The notes beneath the pieces were generated by a model. That model made no database searches. It had not been told where the DNA came from and saw only the letters and a list, made by a program, of their open reading frames with translations. A stretch of 63,633 nucleotides of DNA, filler included, from Reticulomyxa filosa (taxonomy: Eukaryota; Protista; Foraminifera), in the NCBI GenBank assembly GCA_000512085.1. It is 18 parts of 18 records of this genome, joined end to end, with 100 filler letters (N's around TTAATTAATTAA, not from the genome) between each part and the next. Parts side by side here need not be neighbours in the genome. Positions count along the whole stretch, not along the records: positions 38,767 to 40,604 come from ASPP01024835.1; positions 40,705 to 47,224 come from ASPP01007607.1; positions 47,325 to 50,376 come from ASPP01021229.1; positions 50,477 to 51,972 come from ASPP01027766.1; positions 52,073 to 53,668 come from ASPP01027205.1; 13 more parts are not named here. One strand, written 5' to 3'. The first letter of the stretch is position 1. Every line of letters begins with the position of its first letter. Of the stretch, positions 39,901 through 53,668 are shown piece by piece. The position numbers and the translations under genes are program-made.

Positions 39901-40704
39901 GGATATTTTGAAAGTGAAGTATATAAAACGTCGTCTAGTCCAAGAAAGTTTCAGACCAAGAAAGAAACAAAGAAAATTATAACTAGAAAATTTTTAACTA
40001 GTAAAAATTTTTTTTTATAGTGATATAAAATTTTTTTTATAGTTGGATTTTGTGATATTGTAACTGTAGTGTTGTTTTTAACATTTTTACTCTTTTAGCA
40101 AAGTCTTTTGTTGCAGTTCATTTTCGGGGGGTATAATCGTCGATTCTGCATCTTTGTGTGGTGTGTGACTGTGAGAGATAGAAGTGCTTTTAAACTTACA
40201 ACGTATCTTGTAATCAGTTGCTTTATTGAGGTACAAACTCCTGGTAAACGAGATAGTAACTCTTTTACTGGAAATGAGCAACTTGTGTGATAGGGTATCG
40301 ATCATTGTTTAGCCTTAAGAGTGTTCGACGCTTTCAGGGAAATTATCATTATCGAGGCAAATAACAGTCTTTTGTGTTTGACAGAACTCAGAGGGTCGGG
40401 TAACTTCTAATGGACTTCGGGCAAAACTGAAAACCATTCGCTGATAACAAGGCTTGTAAAGGCGATCCGGACGGTCGAGCAAAATATTTTTACACCAATC
40501 GGCTATACTGCAAACCATGCTGGGACAAAAAACCCAACATGGAATTGGATCAAGAACCCAATCTAATGGTAAGACAGACATGTTAACTACACTTCCGAAC
40601 ATGTNNNNNNNNNNNNNNNNNNNNNNNNNNNNNNNNNNNNNNNNNNNNTTAATTAATTAANNNNNNNNNNNNNNNNNNNNNNNNNNNNNNNNNNNNNNNN
40701 NNNN

Positions 40705-40743
<39 letters not shown>

Positions 40744-40796
40744 TACGGGAGAGAAGGGAATCCACTTTGCTTTATCTTCTTCCATTCTTTCACAGG

Positions 40797-41514
40797 ACAT
40801 ATAAAACAAGAACTGTGGTACATGGCCCTAATTAGCATCATTTGTGTAGCCTTTTATGCCGTACGATATGTGTTGACATTGTACAAATGGTGTGGACACT
40901 ATCCACTTCATGCTTGGCTCTTTGACATGGTCGTGTTTCCTTTGATTGTCAATGTCATTGGCACCATTTCTTTGGTTTGTGCCAAAAAGACTGTCGATTT
41001 GACTCTTTCTCAAAAGCAGTCTCTTCACATTCAATCCAAAAATAACGACGACACCATTAATATCAATCACAAGCACAAGAACAACAGTGACAAGGACGAC
41101 GATAAAAAGGATGACAACAACATGAATCATAATGATATGAATGTGCACACACACCAGATTATCGACTCCAATGCACAAGGCGATAACAAGCTATGCATGG
41201 CTGCCACAACAGAGACTGCCGTGGAGCTAAGCAAAAAAGAGACCACTATCAGTGTGCCTGGGAAAATTGATGCCTGTAGTGTTTGCTCACACGTTTCGTA
41301 CGTGCCTTTACAAAAAACTGGAGGAGTTGATTCATTGCCGACTTCCACGGGCACTAAAAACAATAGCCACACAAAAACCAGAAGTGGCAAGCCCTACAGC
41401 GAAAATGAAAGCACCTTTGGTGCACTTTTAGACAAACAAAACACTAGCAGTAATATCAATAGTAACAATTTGCCATCTTATGTTATTCATAATGAGGAAT
41501 TATTTGTTGAATAA
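40797..41514 (+). CDS. 3' end of a multipass membrane protein with a long polar cytoplasmic tail
   Basis: Two hydrophobic helices (ALISIICVAFYAVRYVL; LFDMVVFPLIVNVIGTISLVC) followed by an N/D/S-rich tail. Confidence 0.55.
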
Positions 41515-42775
41515 AGTTGTTTTTTTTATTGATTTGTTTATGATCCTTACGCTCTGTTGATGTTTACTATCGCTTTTTTTTCCGCAACGTTATTGTGCCA
41601 TGGTGTTTTTTTTTACGTATATCTTTGTTTATTGAAAATTCTCTGGGTATCTTTTTTGAGCACAAGGGACATGTGGTGATTGAAATAAATTAGTTTTTTG
41701 GTGAATTAAAACCAAAAAAATTTGAAAGTAGGCATTTTTTTTTTGGTTTGTTGTTTTACATTAATCAAGTCCCCTCTAATTTTCTCTGGTGTGTTTTGTG
41801 ACTGTTCAGTTCCCGACTTTCAGCTGGAAATATCTCACCCGGACGGGAGAATGGGAAAATGTTTGAAAAAAGGCAATACGATAATTCGCTTTTGAGATAG
41901 CAAAAAATTTACAAGAATCTCGTTTTTTCCAGAGAACTTTTTGATGATTTTGCGTTCTAGGTACAAACTTATGCCGAAAAAAGGGTGTGGGAACAGCTGG
42001 CCAAGTACACGTCACACAGTCCTTTTACTGTACGCAGAAAGCGTGCTCTGTCGTTATCCTAAGTAAAGATAACACAAATGCTTTTTTGTTAATTTATTTT
42101 CGTTGTTGAAACGAATACACGAAAGGAAGAAAGTTCTCGTGAAAAACCCAAATAATCCTTTACTCTGTAATAATTTAATTGTACAAAGAAAACTTTTTTT
42201 CTAAAACTTTAAACTTCTTTTTCTGCCAATTTATTTTATTCGTTTTTTGTTGCTTTTACTTCTGCAATTGATCAAAAAAAATCTTAAAGTGAATACGCCA
42301 TTGATGAACAGAAAACTTTTTTTTAGTAGGAATATATAATATTAATTTTCACAAAATTAAGATCCGTTTAGATAGTTAAAGTTAGCCTTGCCCGTTTGTT
42401 TTACGGACTCCAAATTATGAATATCACTTTAACTTAAGAGTTTCTTATATACAACCAACACTTAATTTCAAGGATAATGTGGTATTACATTTTTATAAAA
42501 AAAGCAAATTGGATATCACTTCTTGGATTGACTTTATCATGTGTGTAAACCTATTTGGCAGACGCTGAGGTGTGAAGATGAATCCTCTAAGTATCTGTCA
42601 CAAATGTCTGCTTACAAGTATAAGAAAGAGTAATTTTGGGAGGTCTGAATTTAGAAATTTTCATAACGTCAATGAACAAAGATTGAGAAAAATTAGTGGA
42701 GACATGATGAAATGATTGTTAACAATGCACAAAAATGTATTTCTGTATAAATGTTTCCACCTAGTGATCAACTTT

Positions 42776-44010
42776 TCAATTGTTATAGTATTTGATATTA
42801 TCATTTTGGTTGCTGTTTACAAGTGAAAGTGTTATCTCATTTCGCAAACTTGGGAGGGCATGGTTCCGGCTGAATACACAGAAGAAGCAAAAGCACAAAA
42901 AGTGATGAATTTCATGTTTAAGATAAACAGACGATAAGGAGATTGAATACAGATGCATGGAGTTAAGACAATAAAAAAAAGCAACTTCCAAATTAAGTCC
43001 TCCTTTCAAGAGGAGTTCCTTGGCCATAGTTTTCTGAAAGTCTTGAATTTTGCTGAAATTGAAATGTTGAATCTCGTCTTTGTCAACATACGTAGGAATA
43101 CTAACTTTTACATATCTTTTGGCCAGGAATTCATTAACTCCTATATTTTTCACACACCACACTTTATATCGATTTGCAGGACAGCACATATACGGCCACA
43201 TTTGATCGAATTTCTGTACACAGTCCAAACAATGAAAATACAAAATGCAGTGCGCGCACGTTCCGGTAATATAAACAAAAATGAAATAAACTTGTCCTTG
43301 CGCTCTCTGCACGGCATTGATTCTTTGATTACTTTCAATTTTTAAATTCTGCAATCCTGTTTCTGCATCTTCAATTTTGTTATCCAACTCCTTTTTTTTT
43401 TTTCTACAACGTCCACACCGGCTCCTAACAACAACAACTGCACTTCTGATTTCTTATCCAAAGTCGTATTGCTTTTGTCATCTGACTTTAATTTGCTTCC
43501 AACCACATTCACAGGGTTCTTGTTGTCGTTGTTAGTTGCCATTGCATTCGCTTTGTGTTCCAATAATATTTCGACCAGCTTTGGCTCTGCCCACATCGAT
43601 GCGATGTGCAATGGAGTGTCTCCACTTGGAAACGCTGCAATGTTTGGGTCGGCTTTGGCTTTCAACAACGCGCTTTTTGGCAATATATTTTTTAAATGAA
43701 CTTTGTCAGTTTAAAAAAAAAAAAGGGATCTGACCTACCTCACCAATTTAAACGATCGCTTTTGGGTTGCGATGATCAAAGGTGTCACTTTCCCCGTACC
43801 ATCTGCACCCTTTACAAATGTATTTACATCAATGCTACTTGTCAGCAGTATTTCTTGAACTAAATCAGGTTTGTTTTGGCGGATCGCGTCAACTAAGCTG
43901 TTCACAGTGAGGATTTCCTCATCGTAGGTAAGCAGTTTAAAAGATATCAAAACAAAACATTAGTTAAACTCATCAATAGTCTTTGATTTTTGTTCTTCTT
44001 CCGTTGCCAT
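42776..44010 (-). CDS. Ankyrin-repeat protein, multi-exon; 3' end uncertain
   Basis: VTPLIIATQKRSFKLV.ALLKAKADPN and GDTPLHIASMWAEPKLVEILLEHKAN. Frameshift in an A-run at ~43392-43402. Confidence 0.8.
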
Positions 44011-44279
44011 ACTTATATATATCCAACCTCAAAAAGTTCGAAAACGATTGTGTGATCCTTTTTTTTTTTTTGTAAACTTGTTTAGTCCTTTTAAATGAAA
44101 ATTATTGGCTTGCTTACGAAAAAAGAGCGAAATAGACGAGTGAGATTTAAGAGTTGTTTCAAAACAGCTCGTTTACATCCGTGATAAACACTAAGACTGG
44201 AAGAATTGTAATGGGTCGTTGTAGCGCAATGTTTTTTTGTGCCTGCTGAACCTTTTGACAGTAATATTGATTATTTAAC

Positions 44280-47224
44280 ATGACCTCCAGTCATTCAACA
44301 GCAAATATTTTAGATTTGGTTTGTGGTGTGGAAGAGACAGTGTTATATTCTCAAACACCAACCATTTGTCGTCTGCTATTATCTGCACCTACGGCAGTCT
44401 CTCCGAAGCACCCGTCGTGTAAGAAATGGTTGACATATTTGAAAAGCAAATTGAGACAGTTGTACAACAACTTGACAGTAACGACAAAGGAAGCAGAAAG
44501 CAAAGACGCGAAATCAGACACACCAAGTAAGTATCAATTGATGAAAGAGTTGTGGACGATCGTGTCATTGCTGTCGTCAACGTACCGAATCGTGTTGCCA
44601 GGAGACTTTCATTGCATCCGACAAGTGTGCGAGCCATTGTTGGAAATAATAACATATAAGAGCGCGTCAGAAGGCCAAGCAAAGAAAAAAGACAGCAACA
44701 AAGAAAGCAAGGACAAGCATCCTCAAGCAATGCCAGAAACGAAGACGCACGCATCAGCGTTTTCGTCAGCGAACGTGAGCGACAACGGGTTTGTCGAGTA
44801 TCGAGTGTATCATGGGTTAATGGACATATTGGAGTATATCAAAAAACTGCACAAGGACACAGCGTCGACACAGAAGAGTAACAAAGTGTTGAATAGATTT
44901 ATGTCTTTCCTTGTGTCGCAAAAGCTGCTTTCCGACAAAAGTCACGACGTCGGCAATGTGCTGAGTATTTTGCATCGCGTGTTCACTCAGTTTTACACGC
45001 ATTCAAGCGACACCTCACAAGCCGCCAAGCATCTCACGGCCATTTCGAGTTACTGTTACAAGCATTTATTGTTTCGGAGAGCGGCTCCGTCCAGTGCAGG
45101 CGATATTCCAAACTTATGTATAAGTTGTGTGTTATGTGATCCTCTTTTCTAAATAATAAAAAAAAAATTTTAAAAAAAAGTGCGAAAAAGCGAAGAGGTT
45201 GATAATATTAAAAACTCGAAATAACAAAAAAAAAAATATAGAACTGTTATCACACTGCCACAGCACACCGAGTAATATGAGCACATGGATAGAAAAACTA
45301 TTGCGCACGATTCAATACGTAATGCTAGACACGATCCCAAAGTATTGGATTGCGTCGACGCACGAAAGCAGTAGCCAAGAGACGATGGAAGAGCTGGCGA
45401 AGAAAGGAGAGACGCAAGTGCATCGACTGTACAAGGAGCAGATAAAGGATGCATGCGTAATGAGTGACATTGTGGAGAAGCTGGCGAAAAGTCAACAAGT
45501 GTTGAATGGACTATTTTCATTGCTATGTCACGAAATTCGACGAAAGAATCGCAACACATTGGAGGCGACGCAAGTGAGGAGCAACAACTGGTACAATCGA
45601 ACGGAAGAGTTATCGTCAGAGCTGACAAGTCAAAGTGACAAAGGCACTGGTGGTGGTCGTCGAGGGGCAATGAAGCGCAATCTGACAATGATGTCCGAAT
45701 TGACGGACACGAGTGGTTTGAGCAGCAGGACGAGTGTGACGAGCGCGATGAACGGCATGTCAGTGACATTGCCGATGAGTGACCTGATTCTGTTGATCTT
45801 CGACGTGGTGAGCATCGGACACGTGGAGGACATGACGTATCGATCGCTGCTCGCCGATCTGTATGTTGATGCGTTGTGGCTGCTCAACGTGATCGTGGCG
45901 ACATTTGGCAGGACGCTGTATCCTTACATGTCATTGCTTCTGCACATCCTCACCAGCGTGAACGAGGAGACGCAATGGCTGCGATCCAGAGAAGACTACG
46001 TCGTACGCAAGGCCATGTACGTCGTGTTGGAACACATGGTCCATCTGTTCGGCACGTACTGCTACGACTGCGGATACAAGGACTTGAAGACCTATGTGCT
46101 GCGCGACCTGGTCCAATCCAAGGACATTGTATTCACACCCCCGCCCACGATCAGTCACATCGAAACTGTGTGGCGCACTTTTCAACGCGCCAATGCTGGC
46201 AATGATGATCTTGCTGATTTGAATGCAAATGCCAATGCCAATGCGCGTGACATTATTTCTCAAAAGTCCTTTGTTCTTGTTGATACTCCTGTTGGCGACG
46301 TCAACGCCAAAAAGAAAAAAAAAACGACGGCACTGCCGATCTCGTCTTTGAGGAGACCAGTCTACACGATGAACGCATTTTCAATTGCAAGCTTGAACTG
46401 AGCTGCCAAGTCGTGCAGTGCGTGGATGTCATGCTGCGCACCTTTGGTGGACACATGACCGAGGAAGAGAAACTGGAAATCCAACTCCCTCTTCTCTCCT
46501 CTCTTTTGCCCATGTACACTGAAAGCGGACGTCTATCCATTCCCACTGTTCACATCACCTTGCTACGCAGATTCATTCAGGCCACCATTGCCTCGTTGTC
46601 CATTCCCACGTATTATCAAAGGCAGACTGCCATCTCTTTGACTTTCAAACTTCTTACCTCTTGCAAAGGTCTCTCTCTTTTGTATCACGACGTTGTTTGT
46701 GTTTGTATATCTTTTATTTTTGTCTTGTCTTTTCTCCCCTCTTCAAAAACTCTTAGGAATGGCGCTGATGCTTGGAGACATTGAACTTAACCAAGTTATT
46801 GACAACGGACTATTGTTTGTCGAAAACTTGGTCAATCCCAGAAGTGCACCTGTGTTTGGCAGCGGAGGGTTTGGACAAAACTACGGCAAACAGGGATGGG
46901 ACCACATGCTACACAAAATCGAACAAGTTATGGATCTAAAGTGGGGGACAGAAACACATGGCCATGGCATCGAACACAAACAAAACGTGGATTCCTTAGA
47001 TGCCAATGACGCTGATGATAATGACTTCAACCATAACATGTTTGATGTCGACAATGACAAAAGAGGTCAGACCAACGAACTTGAACAAATGGAGTTAGAT
47101 CAATACGCTCCAAACACTAATTTTGATCAATCCTCGCAACAACTCAATGATCACTCCAATCTTACCACTGTCGAGGACGACAACTATAAACAGGCGGATG
47201 ACGATGGCGACAAAGAGGAAGAGG
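44280..47224 (+). CDS. PELP1/RIX1-like HEAT/ARM ribosome-biogenesis protein (truncated)
   Basis: Long helical ORFs. VDVMLRTFGGHMTEEEKLEIQ and ENLVNPRSAP resemble PELP1 (ILMCGPLIKEE...; LTHPRVPP), followed by an acidic tail. Poly-A frameshift at ~46315. Confidence 0.55.
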
Positions 47225-47324
47225 NNNNNNNNNNNNNNNNNNNNNNNNNNNNNNNNNNNNNNNNNNNNTTAATTAATTAANNNNNNNNNNNNNNNNNNNN
47301 NNNNNNNNNNNNNNNNNNNNNNNN

Positions 47325-47531
47325 ACTGATTGCAGTCCAACTATGTGCCAAATCAATATTTTTTCACCTGAATTTCACCCCTGTGCTTGCAATTCATTTA
47401 TCTATCGTCCCAGACTGGTTTGGTCATGTCGAATTTTTTAAATTTATATTCATTTTTTTTTAATAAACCCTTAGCTCATCATTCATTACAGTAATACAAT
47501 ACTAAACATCATACAACCCAACCAAGTGGCG
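47325..47531. repeat. Partial copy of the 29042-30107 satellite monomer
   Basis: ACTGATTGCAGTCCAACTATGTGCCAAATCAATATTTTTTCACC...CACCCCTGTG...CCAACCAAGTGGCG aligns by eye with ~29574-29785. Confidence 0.9.
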
Positions 47532-48340
47532 CTTTTTTTTAAAATTGTAGTCTTTACATTCTTTTTTATTATTTTTGGCTGATTTTTCCATCTTTAGCAG
47601 AATTATAGCATTTTGGTTCCCTTCGTTTTATATCTTGCACATTTTTTTGGTTTTAATAAGGCAATGAACCTAAAATAATATTTGATAGAAATTGATTTTC
47701 CATGAAGAAAAAAGCATTTGTCTTTTTTTTAGAATACATACTCGTTCAGCACTTTTTGAAAACACAATAAAGAGTTGACAAATTCATGGTCATGAAACTT
47801 GCACATCAACTTTTTTTAGAAGAAAAAAAAAATTCAAATTTTTGAAACAATAAGAAAAAGTGTAATGAAAAATCAAAACTATATGTTAGATATTTTTTAA
47901 ATTTGTATTATGTTGTTTCTTCATTGAGAAGATCATCTATCCCTATGTGATGCAAGCTTTTATTTTGCGTTCTACTGTATTTCAATTGAATATATCCCTA
48001 GATTTGGAGCCGCACAAAACTTACAATTGTGATTACAATTTTTTTTTGGTAAATTTGTTGGTCTTCTAATGATCAAAAATTCTTTTGTATTTGAAATTTG
48101 AAAATGCCAACAAATGGCTTACTGTTTTTAGTCACGGCAAGTTGTTTCTTCGCTAAAATTGTATATTCAAAGTGCAGATAAAAGCGGTGTGCATATGAAA
48201 TATTTTCATCTAATATACATTTCAAACGAATCTTCAATTAAGACTGTCAGATGAAACAATGGATATGTTAATTTTTCATTAATGAGTACAAAATTTGAAT
48301 TTGAAATTTATATTTCGTTGCTGGCATTCATTTCTCTGTT

Positions 48341-49538
48341 CTACCATTTCCATAGACGAATTGTTTGATCATCTGAGCATGATGCAATTATGGCACCATC
48401 TGGAGATATATCAATTCCTGTAACGCATCCAGAATGTCCATCCAATGTCTCTATTTCTTGTCCTGATTTTGTATCCCACAATCGTACAGTATTATCACTT
48501 GAACACGAAGCAATGATTTGATCGCATGGGAAAATTCTTGCACCATTTAAGTAGCGTGAATGTCCTTCCAACTTCAGCACTACTTTTTGTGATTTTAAAT
48601 CGCATATTCGAATTTTGTTATCACTTGTGCAAGAAATAATGAAGAGGCCATCTGGAGAAAATTGTACAGTTCTAACAGATTGTGAATAAAGTTTCAGTTC
48701 ACAAATCCTTTGAAATGAATGTACATCCCATATTCCAACTGTTCCGTCATCTGACGAGGAAGCAATAGTTTGGCCATCTGGTGAGTATGTCACCTGGGTC
48801 ACACATTGAAAATGTCCCGTCATTGTTTTTATATCTTTTCCAGAAACTATATCCCATATTCGAATTGTTTTATCACGTGAGCCTGATACAATCAAGTGTC
48901 CGTTTGGTGCAAATTGAGCACTTGTCACACCATATGAATGTCCTTGCAATACTTTTTGTTGATTGCCTGTTTTTACATCCCACAATCGAATGGTTTTGTC
49001 ATCTGAACACGATACAATTACTTGTCCATCCGATGAAAATTGTGCATCATTAATTGTATCACAATGTCCTTCCAAATATTGGAGTGCCTTCTCAGATCTA
49101 ACATCCCATATTGAGCAAATATCATTACACGATATCGAAACAATTGTATTGCCATCTGCTGAAAATTTGACACCTTTTATACCGTAAGTATATTCTCGAA
49201 ACATTTTGAAAAGCCTAAAATGTGTTGTCTATTTGTGTTTGCAAAAAATGTTCGAAACATTTTTTTGAAAAATCCAACTTATCAATCGCAAATAAAGCAA
49301 ACATAGCCAACATATTTGGTAATGATTTTGTCAAATTCATCAATCCATCCAAAACTAGTCAGTGACAATCTTACCCAATTTTCAATTATTATGCCCACTT
49401 TTTTTTCTATCTATTTTTTTATTTGGTTGGACATTGTGATTATTTATGACAGTAAAATGCTTCAACAAATAACATGAAAATGCATATTACTGAGTATCCT
49501 TTGTGAACCGGTAGACTGCACTTGTTTTCTGAATTCAT
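48341..49538 (-). CDS. WD40-repeat protein (7 blades) with an N-terminal IIENW...GWIDEFDKII motif; start exon tentative
   Basis: Seven GH...FSPDG..I.SCS.D.TIRLW repeats at 48341-49204. Upstream exon KVGIIIENWVRLSLTSFGWIDEFDKIITKY. Confidence 0.88.
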
Positions 49539-50560
49539 CCCTCCGCAAAGACTTTGTCCTTGAAAATGAAAGTTCAACAGCTTAAGAAACTTTTTGTTGT
49601 CCGATTTCGATTGCGACTGGAATATCACGGACAGGTTCAGATCATTCTTACAAGTTTTTGTTCTTTCGTTAATTATTGGAATGATTTTCATATTATTAAA
49701 TTTGGCTACTTTCTCAAAATAAGACAGGATTTTTTTTTAAAAGGAAAACTGGCCCTATGTGATGCGGTAAGTCTGTTTGTTGTAAATGAAGAAAGTGGCT
49801 TTTTAAACGCTGTTTCGACATTTCAACTAATTTGGAATCAGGAATGATGATTTACTTGCAGATTTTTATGAAATAAGAAGATACATAACAAAAAGCTTAA
49901 GACAACTCTCAATGAAGATCGTAATAGAAAAAGGAGATATTGGATACAACAAATTTTGTAAATACTGATTGTAGCACCAAAATGATAGAGCTGTACATTT
50001 TCGAATTTTCTTCTTTTTTGGAAAAATCCGGAAAAAACGGGAATAATAATATAAGTCGTCTTCAAAGAATCTTTTGAAATTTGAACTAAAAAGAAGTTTA
50101 ATAAAGGGAGCATAAAGCATTTCTTTCGTAAAAAAAAACGTTCCGTGCTTTTTAGACCCATAAGAGAGAAGTGCTAAATTACTATTAGGAATATGTCCAC
50201 CCAGATTTACTTTTGAGTGATCGTTTTTGACAAAAACAAAATCTAACTGCTTAATCCAAAAAAAAAAAATACAGCAAAAAAAAAAAAAAAAAATTGGTTT
50301 GTTGGATACAAATGAACACTTAACCGCTAAACCAGTGTATTAATTAATTAATTCATCTTTACAACAACAACAACAANNNNNNNNNNNNNNNNNNNNNNNN
50401 NNNNNNNNNNNNNNNNNNNNTTAATTAATTAANNNNNNNNNNNNNNNNNNNNNNNNNNNNNNNNNNNNNNNNNNNNGCCATACGTAGAATAAACTTTTAT
50501 TCGATACAGTTGAGATTTCAAAAGATACACCAAAAACCCACTTTTGTAGAACTCGGAAAC

Positions 50561-50676
50561 TAAAAAAAAGCAAAGGAAGACAAAAGCAAAAAGAAAAGGT
50601 GAAATTGGGCGGCGCCTGAGGCGCCGCCTTATTTCTCTTTTTCTTTTTCGCTTTTCCCTTCCTTTGCTTTTTTTTA
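50561..50676. repeat. Long imperfect palindrome with a GC-rich core
   Basis: AAAAAAAAGCAAAGGAAG..AAAAGC.AAAAGAAAA...GAAAT..GGCGGCGCC-TGA-GGCGCCGCC..ATTTC...TTTTCTTTTT.GCTTTT..CTTCCTTTGCTTTTTTTT. Confidence 0.9.
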
Positions 50677-50884
50677 AAAGATGTGTACCAACTTTAGATA
50701 AGAGAATAACAATAAAGATGCCGAAATTTGAGCAAATGATTTTATTAATGAAACATTAGCTTGATCTTTATCAATGAAAAGCGTATGGGTGTACTATTTT
50801 AATAACATCATCTCTAAATATATTTTTTTTTAATTTATTTAAAAATGGGTTTGCATCGCAAAATTTTTTTTCTGTGATCGATTT

Positions 50885-51030
50885 ATTGTGTACTGTTCAT
50901 ATGGCAAAACAATTCGAATATGGAATGTAGAATCAGAAAGGAAGTGAACATATTAACTGAATTTTTTGCTGTGAAATATTTTCCAGATGGTCAAATGCTC
51001 GCATCTTGTTCATGTGATAGGATAATTTAA
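50885..51030 (+). pseudogene. WD40 gene remnant
   Basis: GKTIRIWNVES and AVKYFPDGQMLASCSCDRII, with stops and frameshifts. Confidence 0.7.
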
Positions 51031-52106
51031 AGACGAAACCACTTTCTTTTAATTTCAAAACAATTGCTTTTTGATTTTTGAATACAAAAAATCTAAAAAA
51101 GTTCAGCATAACAATCCAAAACAAAAATAAGCAGTAAATTGATTATCACAATTGCATATCTCAACGCGGTAAAAAACTCAAAAAAATTCCTTAAACATTC
51201 AAAATAAAAACAAAATAGTCTCAACATTTTCATAAAAAAATTTTCGGCACAAAAGTGTAAATTGAACACTTTTTTAAATCAATATAAAATTAAGAATTTC
51301 AAAGTTTAATAATTTTAATCAAGACATTTTAGTATATTATATATTAATGTAGTTATCAAAGAAAAGATTTATGATTGTGCTTTAACATATACAATGCACT
51401 GATTAATGACTAGTTTCAGTTTAAGACTTAACACTGATTTATTAAGATAAAAATTTTTTATTAATTTATTTTTGTTTGTTTTCAAAAAGAAAAAAAATGC
51501 AAATTGAAAAAAGAATTTGAAAATAACAAAATCTAATCACACAAATTTGCAATCATTGAAAAAACTAGCTAATCAAAAATATTTTTGTGTTTCTGCTCTG
51601 AGACTATTTCGATGATAGTCAGCAGGTGGTAGCCTTTGATACGAGTTCCTCGGATTATTGTAGTTGGCCTATGGTGGTTTTATTGACAGTGACAAAGGTT
51701 TTAAGGGATCTGAAAAAGCAGGAGGAGCTTGTATTTCTGTTCTATTCTATTCATAGATGTGCCATTTATGTATGTGTCAGTTGTTTTGCGATCTACTGTG
51801 TATATTGCCTCGATAGCAATCACAGGACTTTTTTTATTAATTACAAAACACTTGATTTCAAGTTTGCGTACCATCCAAACAAAAGTCGCAAACGAACCAT
51901 TTTAAGTTTAAAGAAAATTTACATAAAAAAGCCGATACACATGTGATTAAAATGTGTTCACTTTTTTTTTTTNNNNNNNNNNNNNNNNNNNNNNNNNNNN
52001 NNNNNNNNNNNNNNNNTTAATTAATTAANNNNNNNNNNNNNNNNNNNNNNNNNNNNNNNNNNNNNNNNNNNNAAACAAAACAAAACAAAACAAAACAAAA
52101 CAAAAC

Positions 52107-53668
52107 AGAAGCGTCAGCAGAAGAAAGATTTGCCAGCAAAAAAGAGTCGAGTAGTTCAGTGCAAGACAATGAAATAGTCAAAGCGATTAAAAGGAAGGTG
52201 ATAACATTAGAGTCACCCGACTATTGTCAGCACTATCACTGCTCGGATGAACTGTTGGAAAAGCTAGTGACATTGTCGTCCTTACTACCAAATGAGTTGG
52301 AAGCGTTGGACGACTTTGAGTCGCGAATTAATGCAAAGCGACAAAAGCTGATTGACGATTTGACAGGAGGAAATAAAAAAAAGGCATCAGTTGAGTTGGA
52401 TGCCTCTATTGCAACAGTATACACACACACACACATACGCTTTACCAATAGGTATTATATTCTCTATTGATCTAAATCCTTTTTTCTTTCATTACATTTT
52501 AAAAAAAAGAAACGCGAACTCGGACACTCTCGCGAAGAGGACCACGATGGCGACGATGAGCCGAGCAATGCAAGACGACGTGGACCCAATGACCGGTCGT
52601 CCAGGAACCATCGTGGGGTACCGATGGAGTTTGCATCCAGTCCGGTTCTGTTGTCATCGGCACGAGGACAACGACAGTCGCATGGGACATCTGAGGCGGA
52701 TCGGGGCAGTGAGTTGTCGGCAGGTCGGCGCATTTTGGAGTCATTGCGACGTCGTGTGTCTGGAGACAGAGCATCGAATCAAAGTTCGGATCACCGTCAC
52801 ACCAATGTGTCGACACATCACGAAAACCGCAACTCATTGGACGACGTAGCAGCGGATAGTCGATATCTCAGTTCGCCAGAATTGGCAGCGGACTACGATC
52901 TTGCTACTGCCCATGCGTCGAACATTCGAAGCGTCGAAGACCTGGTCTTGGGGTTCACCTCACAACAAGACCAGCTGCACGTTGCGCAAGGTAACGAAGA
53001 CTCCAATGACGACGATGCCAATGCAATTATTGTCAGACCCTATTTTCAGCGTGTTCAACGACCACGACGACAACAACAACAACAACAACAATCAGTTTAG
53101 TTTCCTTCATTTCAAACTTTTTCTTTAAACATATCAAATTTGTTTACATATATACATATATGTCCAAATAATTGGCAAATACTTTTAAATAACTCCAAAC
53201 GTATAGTCAAACACACAAGAACGCGAAAGGGCGACAGCGGCGTCGATGAGGTCGGACCGACGAAGGAACACGTCGCAAAGAGAAAGGACAGACCAATCGA
53301 GATATCGACAGCATCGATGGGCGGAAGACGAACCTGACATTGATGTACTCAGTCACCATTTTAACGAGGACGTGTTCCCCGCATTTCAGATTGAAATTGA
53401 GTCGGAAGATAACAATAATCTCGAAGACATTTCCCGCGCTTTCGCACTCGGCGACAGCAACGGCAACGACGGCAATAGTGGCGGACAGGGCGCAACAGCA
53501 AACGAAATTGCGCACATTTGGAGAGCCAATGCGGGACAAACAACCAGAAACGTTTTGAGCGGATGGGAAATATATGAGGTTATGGATGTCGAGCAGCTGG
53601 TGGAATTTGAACGTGATCATGACCATGGATTAGGTGGTGGTGGTCGTGGTCGTGGTGACCGAAGCGGA
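52107..53668 (+). CDS. Internal fragment of a large low-complexity acidic/Arg-rich protein
   Basis: Three GC-richer exons separated by AT-rich GT-AG introns. No family confidently recognised. Confidence 0.5.

Noticed and set aside
49405-49434. In-frame TAG near the apparent start of the WD40 gene
   Set aside because: Better explained as an A-rich 3' splice site (AAAAAAATAG|) joined to an upstream exon.
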